From assembly GCA_934699595.1 (NCBI GenBank), contig CAKUWT010000001.1, positions 419,033 to 454,384 on the forward strand: a stretch of 35,352 nt of DNA, given 5' to 3'. Source of the stretch: an uncultured Patescibacteria group bacterium (GTDB taxonomy: Bacteria; Patescibacteriota; Minisyncoccia; Phycocordibacterales; UBA918). Position 1 is the stretch's first letter. Each line of letters begins with the position of its first letter. A program made the translations under genes and the position numbers. The notes beneath the pieces were generated by a model, which saw nothing but the letters and a program-made list of their open reading frames with translations, searched no databases and was not told the DNA's origin. Of this stretch, positions 17,330 to 24,130 are shown piece after piece.

Positions 17330-17800
17330 ATGACCAAGAAAAGAACCCAACAGAAACTAGTTAAGGAGATTCTCAATCGTCAAGCACGCTTTAATTATGA
17401 GTTGTTGGAAAATTTTACCGCTGGAGTGGTCTTGTCTGGTGGTGAGGTCAAAGCTTTGCGCGCCGGCAAAGCTCATCTCAACAGCGCTTATGTCACCCTC
17501 ACCCCAACTGGCGCTCTTTTAAAGAACGCGTACATTGGCCCCTACCAGGAAGCCAATACTCCAAAAGACTATGAGCCAAACCACGACCGCGCGCTGTTGT
17601 TGGGTAAAAAAGAACTAGCCACCCTCCGTCGCGAACTCAATACCGCCGGCTTGACAATAGTGCCATTAAAGTGGTACAATGGTCGCAGAGTAAAACTCGA
17701 GATTGCCTTGGCCCGTGGAAAAAAGAAGGCTGACAAACGTCAAAGCCTCAAAACCCGGGACACCAAGCGTGATATCGAGCGCACTTTAAAAGCAAGTTAG
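17330..17800 (+). CDS. smpB: SsrA-binding protein SmpB
   Basis: NRQARFNYELLE..AG.VL.GGEVKALRAGK..L..AYV, with a basic C-terminal tail. The track start at 17324 is GTG, and an ATG follows at 17330. Confidence 0.9.
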   Translation: MTKKRTQQKLVKEILNRQARFNYELLENFTAGVVLSGGEVKALRAGKAHLNSAYVTLTPTGALLKNAYIGPYQEANTPKDYEPNHDRALLLGKKELATLRRELNTAGLTIVPLKWYNGRRVKLEIALARGKKKADKRQSLKTRDTKRDIERTLKAS

Positions 17801-17812
17801 GAAGGAAACCCG

Positions 17813-17932
17813 ATGCTGATTTGGGTTTGCGTGATTGGAATTTTGGGTTTCATCGCTTTCACCATTGTTCACCTGACCTTTGCAGTCGTCTGCGGACTAC
17901 TGCAGTGGCTCGAATCGCGAAAGGAGAAATGA
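17813..17932 (+). CDS. Candidate small hydrophobic protein (39 aa)
   Basis: Below the ORF-track size cutoff. GGAAGGA lies 6 nt before the ATG. Translation is MLIWVCVIGILGFIAFTIVHLTFAVVCGLLQWLESRKEK*, one TM helix plus a short basic tail. Confidence 0.35.
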   Translation: MLIWVCVIGILGFIAFTIVHLTFAVVCGLLQWLESRKEK

Positions 17933-17933
17933 G

Positions 17934-18191
17934 ATGATATGGCTGGAGATAACCTTTATGACCATCGCTTTTGTCGCAATGGTCATTACTATCGGCGTCA
18001 TGGCGTACGCTATCTTCCACAGGAAGATAGGCTCACCAGCAACGGACACCTCGGTTCGCCACACGGATGTCGTGGAAAACGACCACCGCTTGGTAGAGGT
18101 CGGCGTCTCGTCGCAAATCGAAGACGACCCGGCGATCGCACTATCGGAATGCGTGCCACCCTTCTGCAACGTTGAAGGAAGGCGGCCATGA
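17934..18191 (+). CDS. Candidate small membrane protein (85 aa)
   Basis: AAGGAG lies 7 nt before ATG 17934, in frame with track ORF 17880-18191. MIWLEITFMTIAFVAMVITIGVMAYAIF is one TM helix followed by a soluble tail. Like the preceding ORF, it starts M-(L)-I-W. Confidence 0.45.
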   Translation: MIWLEITFMTIAFVAMVITIGVMAYAIFHRKIGSPATDTSVRHTDVVENDHRLVEVGVSSQIEDDPAIALSECVPPFCNVEGRRP

Positions 18192-18196
18192 GCTCA

Positions 18197-18236
18197 GGGC
18201 GGCCAGCAGGTTCCCTGCTGGCCGCCCCTCACTTTT
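18197..18236 (+). terminator. Intrinsic terminator after the small-ORF pair
   Basis: gggcggccagcagg ttc cctgctggccgccc, a 14-bp GC-rich stem, followed by ctcacttttta. Confidence 0.75.
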
Positions 18237-18316
18237 TATCTTATACTGAACTTAAGAGATACGATCATCTTTCCCGAATCCTCTTAATCTGTCCTTTGAA
18301 AATTAAGCACATACTT

Positions 18317-18384
18317 CCCAGCCCCACTTTTTTCTTGGTGCATTTTAATATTCCAACACTTGTGGAGAAAAAAGTGGGGCTGGG
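18317..18384. repeat. Perfect 18-bp inverted repeat whose right arm overlaps the tmRNA 5' end
   Basis: cccagccccacttttttc (18317-18334) and gaaaaaagtggggctggg (18367-18384) are exact reverse complements, separated by a 32-nt AT-rich loop that contains TAATAT. Confidence 0.8.
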
Positions 18385-18790
18385 GATGCTAGGCCTTGAC
18401 GGTGTTTCGTCATCCCAGTGTGCAATGCGAGAGCTGCTCGAGACTCTCTATACCCCTCGAGCAATCTGTACATGCAAAGAATAGTGTACCTAGCCCATTT
18501 GCGCGAGCTTTTGGGTTCGCTCCAGCTTACGCGTAGATTTTTAATCCGCGAGCTTTCGAGCGACATGGTTAATCGGCTCGTTTAAGACCGATTAGTTCCA
18601 TGCTTATAGCCTCTTAAACTAGAGTCTAGACAGCCGTTTTCTGTCCTGACTCGATATTCTTAAAACTCGAAGTAATGATGTTTGGTTATTTTTCTAGTCA
18701 TTACTTTTAAATCCAAAAAGATAACTAGGCATTGTAGACTCCCTGGTGATACCAGCACTCGGACGCGGGTTCAATTCCCGCCATCTCCAC
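18382..18790 (+). ncRNA. ssrA: tmRNA (SsrA), standard one-piece form
   Basis: The 5' end GGGGATGCTAGGCCTTGACGG resembles E. coli GGGGCUGAUUCUGGAUUCGACGG. The 3' end cggacgcgggttcaattcccgccatctccac gives a T arm GCGGG/TTCAATT/CCCGC and an acceptor CATCTCC that pairs with GGGGATG, including the G3.U alanine identity pair. Candidate tag frame GCA 18474 to TAG 18534-18536 encodes AKNSVPSPFARAFGFAPAYA*. Confidence 0.85.
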
Positions 18791-18796
18791 TTGCTG

Positions 18797-18829
18797 AAAA
18801 TACCCCTATTTTATAGGGGTATTTTCTTT
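18797..18829 (+). terminator. Intrinsic terminator after ssrA
   Basis: aaa atacccctat ttt ataggggtat tttcttt. Confidence 0.75.
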
Positions 18830-18858
18830 GTAGATATTGGGATATATTGAACCAGATA

Positions 18859-18886
18859 TTGACTTTTTATATATTTGGTGTATTAT
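18859..18886 (+). promoter_or_regulatory. Sigma70-like promoter for the 90-aa ORF
   Basis: TTGACT, 16 nt (ending in TG), TATTAT. GAAGGAG RBS downstream. Confidence 0.5.
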
Positions 18887-18941
18887 GTAATTCAAACTCC
18901 ACGACCAATCTATTCACAAACATCGAAGGAGAGTTCTTCAA

Positions 18942-19214
18942 ATGTCAAACACCGCACACGATTTCCTGGTTGGAGATATCGTCGAATACACTCCCGAGTG
19001 GAAAGGGCTTTTCGCCAGCTTCGATGAAGCCCAACGTTACGACGGCACGTTTACCGTGAAAGCCGTCAAAGTGGTTCCACTGGCGGACCACGACCCGTTT
19101 TCGTCCGACTATATGGGCGAGTGCGCTGGTCGTGAAGCCGTCAGACACCACCAATTGGTGACTCTCGAGGGTCACGATGGCGAAGTCAGTGGTAAGCACC
19201 TTCAGCCCGTCTGA
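18942..19214 (+). CDS. Hypothetical protein (90 aa, GC-rich orphan)
   Basis: Has its own promoter, a GAAGGAG RBS and a terminator (cctcacgag...ctcgtgggg followed by a T run at 19227-19272). No recognised motif. Confidence 0.55.
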   Translation: MSNTAHDFLVGDIVEYTPEWKGLFASFDEAQRYDGTFTVKAVKVVPLADHDPFSSDYMGECAGREAVRHHQLVTLEGHDGEVSGKHLQPV

Positions 19215-19536
19215 CGTTTTAAACGCCTCACGAGGAGTCCCGCAACTCACACTCGTGGGGCTTCTTTTTTTTCTAGACTGTTCAATACCATACTTGTGAC
19301 TGTTTATCTCTACACTATCAAGCATTTGCAAGCACTTTTTGAATAGCAGGTGACGAGTTGTAATACTTCCAAAAGTCTTTCAAGTAGGTTTTTAATCGGT
19401 TCGAAGTATTACCTGTTATGTCCACAATCTAAAGTAAAAACGCCCCTAACCAGGGTGTTTTGACTTTTTAAACAATCTCTTAATCCTTGACCGCCCGCTT
19501 ACTTAAATAGTAATCCCCAGCTCCCCCTCCCCTAAC

Positions 19537-19565
19537 TTGACTTTTACACAAAATAAGAGTATAAT
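19537..19565 (+). promoter_or_regulatory. Near-consensus sigma70 promoter
   Basis: TTGACT, exactly 17 nt, TATAAT. Confidence 0.6.
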
Positions 19566-19629
19566 AGGGGGAGTTAAGGTCTTTGAGAACTAGCTCTAGA
19601 CCACTCACACCAATCAATAGGAGGTGGCG

Positions 19630-20298
19630 ATGCTTCGTATGCTGACTACCTCGCCGACCGCGAGGGGCCTGACCGGAATTCGAATCCAGCATGACGAGGC
19701 GGCGCTGTTGCGTCACCCCGTCTGCACCACCATGAACATGGTCGTCTTGCTGGTCGCCACATTCATCTGGGTGGCAGTGGCCGATCAGTTTACTCGCGGC
19801 CAGCACGCCTACTTCGCAGCCCTGGTATGGCTGTACGGTTGTTCGACCGTTTACCACACCCTACCACGGACCCACTCCTGGGCTCGAGTGGCTAGGTTCC
19901 TGGACCAGACCGCCATCGGCTGGTTCATTCCGGCTACCGCCCTACCCTTTGTGTGGGGAGTGAGCAGCGAGGCGGTACTGGCACTCCTGATACTGATGGC
20001 GACACAGCCCATCTTCAAGTGGTTTGACGCCATGAGAAGGCTCGCCTCCCGTCGCCTGTTGTCGCTTACCTTTCTCATCAAAGGTATGGCGGCAGGTGGA
20101 CTGACCCTTCTCTACAACGAGATTGGTCTGGCGAGTGATCCGGTCTTCTGGATCGCCTCGAGCTGCTTCGTTCTCCAGCTAGCGATTTTTCATCGCAACT
20201 GGCTGAACTTGAGTCGAGCCTGGGCGAACGCCGAGAGCTATCACGCCATCCTCGCGATTGGCATTGTGGCTCTCACCGCTCTGGTGTTGAGGCTGTAA
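19630..20298 (+). CDS. Multi-pass membrane protein, weak hemolysin-III/PAQR-like features (GC-rich)
   Basis: AGGAGGTGGCG precedes the ATG. There are about 6-7 hydrophobic helices. The segments S..YH (STVYHTLP), D...I (FLDQTAIGWFIPAT) and a C-terminal His (AESYHAILAIG) sit where PAQR motifs lie, but the match is loose. Terminator gtggccgtttcc ttgg aaacggccac at about 20318-20345. Confidence 0.5.
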   Translation: MLRMLTTSPTARGLTGIRIQHDEAALLRHPVCTTMNMVVLLVATFIWVAVADQFTRGQHAYFAALVWLYGCSTVYHTLPRTHSWARVARFLDQTAIGWFIPATALPFVWGVSSEAVLALLILMATQPIFKWFDAMRRLASRRLLSLTFLIKGMAAGGLTLLYNEIGLASDPVFWIASSCFVLQLAIFHRNWLNLSRAWANAESYHAILAIGIVALTALVLRL

Positions 20299-20435
20299 TG
20301 GAGAACAGCGCAACTTAGTGGCCGTTTCCTTGGAAACGGCCACTTTTTTATTTACCGTCCGTCATAAAATAAAACCGGCCTCATTCAGCACCACGACGGT
20401 CAAACAACTATGTTATACTGCCCGATAAATTGACC

Positions 20436-20852
20436 ATGCAGCAACCAGCTCTAGAAAATTTCCTCCGCAAAAAAACTGCCTCCGGCTTAGGATTGTTTAC
20501 AAAAATACCGTTCACTAAAGGTGATTTTGTCCTGGAATACACTGGCGAAAAAATCAGTGACGCTGAGGCCGACCGTCGCGGTGGCCGCTACCTCTTCCGC
20601 CTCAATAAAGACTGGCTACTAGATGGTAAAGATCGTTCTCATCTGGGTCGCTATCTCAACCATAGTTGTAGACCAAACTGCTACGCTGAGATTGATGAAA
20701 ATGAAGAGCATATTTATTTCTACGCCAAGAAGAAAATCCGCGCTGGTGAAGAGCTTACTTTTAACTATGGCAAGGAGTACTGGCGAGAGTACATTGAGCC
20801 ATACGGCTGTAAATGTGCCACCTGTCTAGCCAATACTGGCCGTCCCAACTAA
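20436..20852 (+). CDS. SET-domain protein-lysine methyltransferase-like protein
   Basis: GLGLFT..., YLNHSCRPNC, ELTFNYG and a Cys-rich post-SET CKCATC. The track start at 20430 is TTG, and an ATG follows at 20436. Confidence 0.85.
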   Translation: MQQPALENFLRKKTASGLGLFTKIPFTKGDFVLEYTGEKISDAEADRRGGRYLFRLNKDWLLDGKDRSHLGRYLNHSCRPNCYAEIDENEEHIYFYAKKKIRAGEELTFNYGKEYWREYIEPYGCKCATCLANTGRPN

Positions 20853-20858
20853 ATCTGG

Positions 20859-20887
20859 TTGATTTTTAAGACTTTTGGTGGTAGAAT
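20859..20887 (+). promoter_or_regulatory. Sigma70-like promoter of the infC-rpmI-rplT operon
   Basis: TTGATT, 17 nt, TAGAAT, followed by a leader of about 130 nt. Confidence 0.5.
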
Positions 20888-21019
20888 TGACGGCACTATT
20901 GGAGATATTAGGGTCTTTATTTATATGTAGTTACTTAAGTTTAAATATTTTCCACTCGTAACTTTACGTTACTGCGACCCCCTTTTTTTCTTTTAATTAT
21001 CCAACTAAGACTTTATAAT

Positions 21020-21688
21020 TTGCGAAATAATAACCGACAAAAAACTTACCAAGACCGTACTCGCATCAACCAATCAATTCGTGCTCCTGAGCTACGAGTA
21101 GTAGGTGCTAAAGGCGAAAATCTAGGAGTCCTCTCTCGAGCCGAAGCGTTAGCTGAGGCAGAAAAGGCTAACTTAGATCTAATTGAAATCTCTCCCAAGG
21201 CCAAGCCACCCGTTGCCAAGATTATGGACTTTGGCAAGTACCGTTACAACACTGGTCGCAAGGCTCGTGAGGTGAAAGCCAAATCAAACGTTACCGAGAC
21301 CAAGAGTGTCCAAGTAAAAATCGGTACTGGCGAACATGATCAGCTACTTAAAGCCAAGCGGATTGCCGAATGGCTTGATGAGGGACACCGCGTTAAAGTC
21401 GACCTCTTTCTCTGGGGGCGATACAAATACATGGAGCCTGCTTTCCTTAAAGAACGTCTGGAGCGCTTTTTGAAGATCATCCCCTATGAGTACAAACTGG
21501 CTGATGAAATCAAGAAAAGTCCCAAAGGATTCACTGCGACATTGGAACGTCTTCCAGGTATCAAGCAGAAAAAACCCAAAACCACTACCGAAACCGCTCC
21601 CGGAAGCTCCCCTGCAGAGGAGAAAAATAACTTTGTCAAAAATAAACAAAAGTCTCTCGATGACTTATTGGCCGAAGGGATGATTTAA
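21020..21688 (+). CDS. infC: Translation initiation factor IF-3 (with a C-terminal extension of about 45 aa)
   Basis: INQSIRAPELRVVGAKGENLGVLSRAEALAEAEKANLDLIEISPKAKPPVAKIMDFGKYRY. A non-ATG start (TTG at 21020, exact start uncertain) is usual for infC. Confidence 0.85.
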   Translation: MRNNNRQKTYQDRTRINQSIRAPELRVVGAKGENLGVLSRAEALAEAEKANLDLIEISPKAKPPVAKIMDFGKYRYNTGRKAREVKAKSNVTETKSVQVKIGTGEHDQLLKAKRIAEWLDEGHRVKVDLFLWGRYKYMEPAFLKERLERFLKIIPYEYKLADEIKKSPKGFTATLERLPGIKQKKPKTTTETAPGSSPAEEKNNFVKNKQKSLDDLLAEGMI

Positions 21689-21772
21689 TTAGGCAGCAGC
21701 TTGCTAAATTAGTCCGAGTACGTTATAGTAGGCAACGCAGAAGACGCTCTTGTGGCGACTAAAGAAAATACC

Positions 21773-21964
21773 ATGAAGACAAATAAATCTTATACCAAAC
21801 GAATCAAAGTAACCAAAAACGGCAAGTTAGTGGCTCGTCGCCCTGGCCAAAACCACTTTAACGCTCGCCAAACTGGTCGTCAGAAGCTCCAGAAGCGTCG
21901 CACTCAACTACTAACCTTGAGTAAGCGCATCACTCGTCGCTTCCTACCACGTACTGGTGCGTAA
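21773..21964 (+). CDS. rpmI: 50S ribosomal protein L35
   Basis: MKTNKSYTKRIKVTKNGKLVARRPGQNHF.... The track offers GTG 21752, but ATG 21773 fits the family N terminus. Confidence 0.85.
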   Translation: MKTNKSYTKRIKVTKNGKLVARRPGQNHFNARQTGRQKLQKRRTQLLTLSKRITRRFLPRTGA

Positions 21965-22000
21965 GTATTTTTATCAGCTAAAGGAATTTAATTTTTAACT

Positions 22001-22345
22001 ATGGCAAGAGTAAAAGGAGGATTGATGGCCCAAAAGCGTCGTCGTAACATCCTCGCCCAAGTAAAAGGCTATCGCCTCCAACGATCAAAGAAGAAGCGCG
22101 CAGCTCGTGACGCTATCTTCCACGCTGAAAGTTACGCTTTTGCGCATCGTCGCAAAAAGAAAGGTGACTTCCGTCGTCTGTGGACAGTACGCATCAACGC
22201 GGCCCTGTCTAACCTAGATATGAAGTACAGTCACTTTATTAAGGCTTTGGCTGACAAGAATATTAAACTGGATCGCAAGATCTTGGCTACCCTAGCTAAG
22301 GATCATCCGGAATCCTTCACCCGTGTGGTGAATGAGGTTAAATAA
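22001..22345 (+). CDS. rplT: 50S ribosomal protein L20
   Basis: MARVKGG...KRRRNILAQVKGYR...R...A...A..YAF.HRR.KK.DFR.LW..RINAA. Confidence 0.9.
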   Translation: MARVKGGLMAQKRRRNILAQVKGYRLQRSKKKRAARDAIFHAESYAFAHRRKKKGDFRRLWTVRINAALSNLDMKYSHFIKALADKNIKLDRKILATLAKDHPESFTRVVNEVK

Positions 22346-22362
22346 ATAAGGAACAGAAGAGT

Positions 22363-22396
22363 AAAAGGTCCCGAGGCATCAGCCTCGGGACCTTTT
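22363..22396. terminator. Bidirectional intrinsic terminator (rplT versus the convergent nuclease gene)
   Basis: aaaaggtcccgagg catcag cctcgggacctttt. Confidence 0.75.
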
Positions 22397-22433
22397 ACTT
22401 ATAACCGCTCTTCCTAAGTGACCATAATTGAGT

Positions 22434-23795
22434 TTAAAAATCAATCTCCTCACTCTCGCCTAGAGCTGGAGCGGTAGCATTCAGACCTAAGTAATCTCGC
22501 AAGCGCTGCACCAGAAATAGCGACGCCCGCTCCTCCCCCATAGTGACAAACACCCGCTCCGCTTTTCCTCCCCCCTGGGCCACCAAATCCAGCAACTGGT
22601 CGCGGTCGGCGTGTCCAGAAAAGCCGGCAATAGTGGCAATTCGTGCCCGCACCTTCACCGGAACATCATCAATCACCACTTTATTAGCACCATCTTGCAG
22701 CAATCGCCCCAAACTCCCAACCGTCTGATAACCAACCAGTAGTACTGTATTCTTACTGTCGCCAAGATACTTTTGTTCGTGTCGCCGAATCCGTCCACCA
22801 TGACTCATTCCCGAACCGGCGATGATAATTTTAGCGCCAGTCGTCTCCTCTATTTTATTTGACTCCTTGAGGGTTTGAGTAAAGGCCAGTCCAGGAAAGG
22901 CAAAAATATCGTCACCGGCTTTGATTTGCTTCTGAACAGCATCTTTTAAGTAATCTAAATGTCGACGGTAAATTTCCGTGACTTTGATGGCCAGCGGCGA
23001 GTCCAAAAATACCGGTAAGGACTTAATGGTGCCGGTCTCTACAAAATTATTAATTTCAAATAGTAAGGCCTGCGTACGCTCGAGTGAAAAAGCAGGAATA
23101 ATCAAGGTGCCCCCAGTTTTCTGCACTCGCTTGATTTCGCTCAGCAGCAACTCATTTCTTTCGACTACCTGTTCGTGTAACCGGTCACCATAAACACTTT
23201 CCATTAACAAATAGTGGTAATCGGTCGGTACCACCGGCGGATTCAGCAATGGTTGTGGTACATTACCCACGTCTCCAGTAAACACCATCTTTCTGCCGCC
23301 TCGCTCCACACTTACCATACCCGAACCAAGGATATGTCCTGCATCAGTAAATCTAGCCATCACATCGTCAGGCAGGTTAATCGGCTCCTCGTAGCCTACC
23401 GTCTGCCACAACGCCAAAGTTGCATCGATGTCTTCCTCCTCATAAATCAATTGGCGACCGAAGCGCTCATACTCATAGCGCATAATATTTAGAGCGTCGG
23501 CAAACATCACCGCCGCCAATTCTTTAGTCGGTAGCGTTGAGTAAATTTTGCCCGCAAATCCTTCTCGTACCAATTTAGGAATCCGACCAATATGATCAGC
23601 GTGGGCATGGGTCACCAGAAGAGTATTAACTGTGGTCGGATCATAAGCAAAAGGGGTCGCATTGGCCGTTTCTGCAAATTGCCCCCCTTGAATCAAGCCG
23701 CAATCAACTAGAATTTTAGACTGTCCGGTATCGAGCATAAAGTTAGCTCCGGTGACTGTTCCTGTCCCCCCATAAAAATGAATCGTGCTTTTCAT
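22434..23795 (-). CDS. MBL-fold beta-CASP family hydrolase (CPSF73/YSH1-like RNA-processing nuclease)
   Basis: 453 aa with the HAHADHIG metal motif, later Asp/His motifs (FTDAGHILGS, GFSGHADRDQL) and a size typical of bacterial beta-CASP proteins. Confidence 0.75.
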   Translation of the reverse strand: MKSTIHFYGGTGTVTGANFMLDTGQSKILVDCGLIQGGQFAETANATPFAYDPTTVNTLLVTHAHADHIGRIPKLVREGFAGKIYSTLPTKELAAVMFADALNIMRYEYERFGRQLIYEEEDIDATLALWQTVGYEEPINLPDDVMARFTDAGHILGSGMVSVERGGRKMVFTGDVGNVPQPLLNPPVVPTDYHYLLMESVYGDRLHEQVVERNELLLSEIKRVQKTGGTLIIPAFSLERTQALLFEINNFVETGTIKSLPVFLDSPLAIKVTEIYRRHLDYLKDAVQKQIKAGDDIFAFPGLAFTQTLKESNKIEETTGAKIIIAGSGMSHGGRIRRHEQKYLGDSKNTVLLVGYQTVGSLGRLLQDGANKVVIDDVPVKVRARIATIAGFSGHADRDQLLDLVAQGGGKAERVFVTMGEERASLFLVQRLRDYLGLNATAPALGESEEIDF

Positions 23796-23865
23796 AATTT
23801 AGTATTTTCCACTGATGTCTTTTTAGTATAGCAGACTGGTGTCACCAATTAGATACTGAGTAATA

Positions 23866-23897
23866 GAAAAACCAAACGCAGGAGCGTTTGGTTTTTC
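23866..23897. terminator. Bidirectional intrinsic terminator
   Basis: gaaaaaccaaacgc agga gcgtttggtttttc. 14-bp perfect stem. Confidence 0.75.
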
Positions 23898-24130
23898 TAT
23901 AGGAGTCACAAAGCGCATGCTCCTAGAAGAGACTAGGTGGGCACCTTTTCCAAAAATGGTCTGAAATCTCTTGCGAGTTCTCATATATTTTTGAGACTAC
24001 GGGCAGCCCTGAGCATACAATTAAGCGGAACATGCGAATTGCGACTCCTGTTACTATATTAACACCAATTAGAAAATAAAAAAGTCTCCTTAACTTGACG
24101 AGTTCCCACCGAGAGGACTCTTATAAATAT

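Noticed and set aside
18317-18390. Circularly permuted (two-piece) tmRNA suggested by CAGCCCCAC upstream of GGGGCTG
   Set aside because: No T-arm precedes the upstream acceptor-like sequence. The downstream end at 18760-18790 has a perfect T arm and pairs with GGGGATG, so a standard one-piece gene explains the data.
18188-18566. Track ORFs 18188-18484(+) and 18345-18566(-)
   Set aside because: They overlap the tmRNA gene and its upstream inverted repeat and are not coding.
19480-19857. 125-aa minus-strand ORF
   Set aside because: It runs antisense across a consensus promoter, an RBS and the 5' part of the GC-rich membrane-protein gene. It has Gly/Arg/Gln-rich shadow composition.
23923-24033. 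36-aa minus-strand ORF (MFRLIVCSGLPVVSKIYENSQEISDHFWKRCPPSLF) between the giant gene and the 23866-23897 terminator
   Set aside because: AGGAG lies 11 nt from the ATG, which is long spacing. There is no clear promoter and no recognisable features. It cannot be supported without conservation or expression data.
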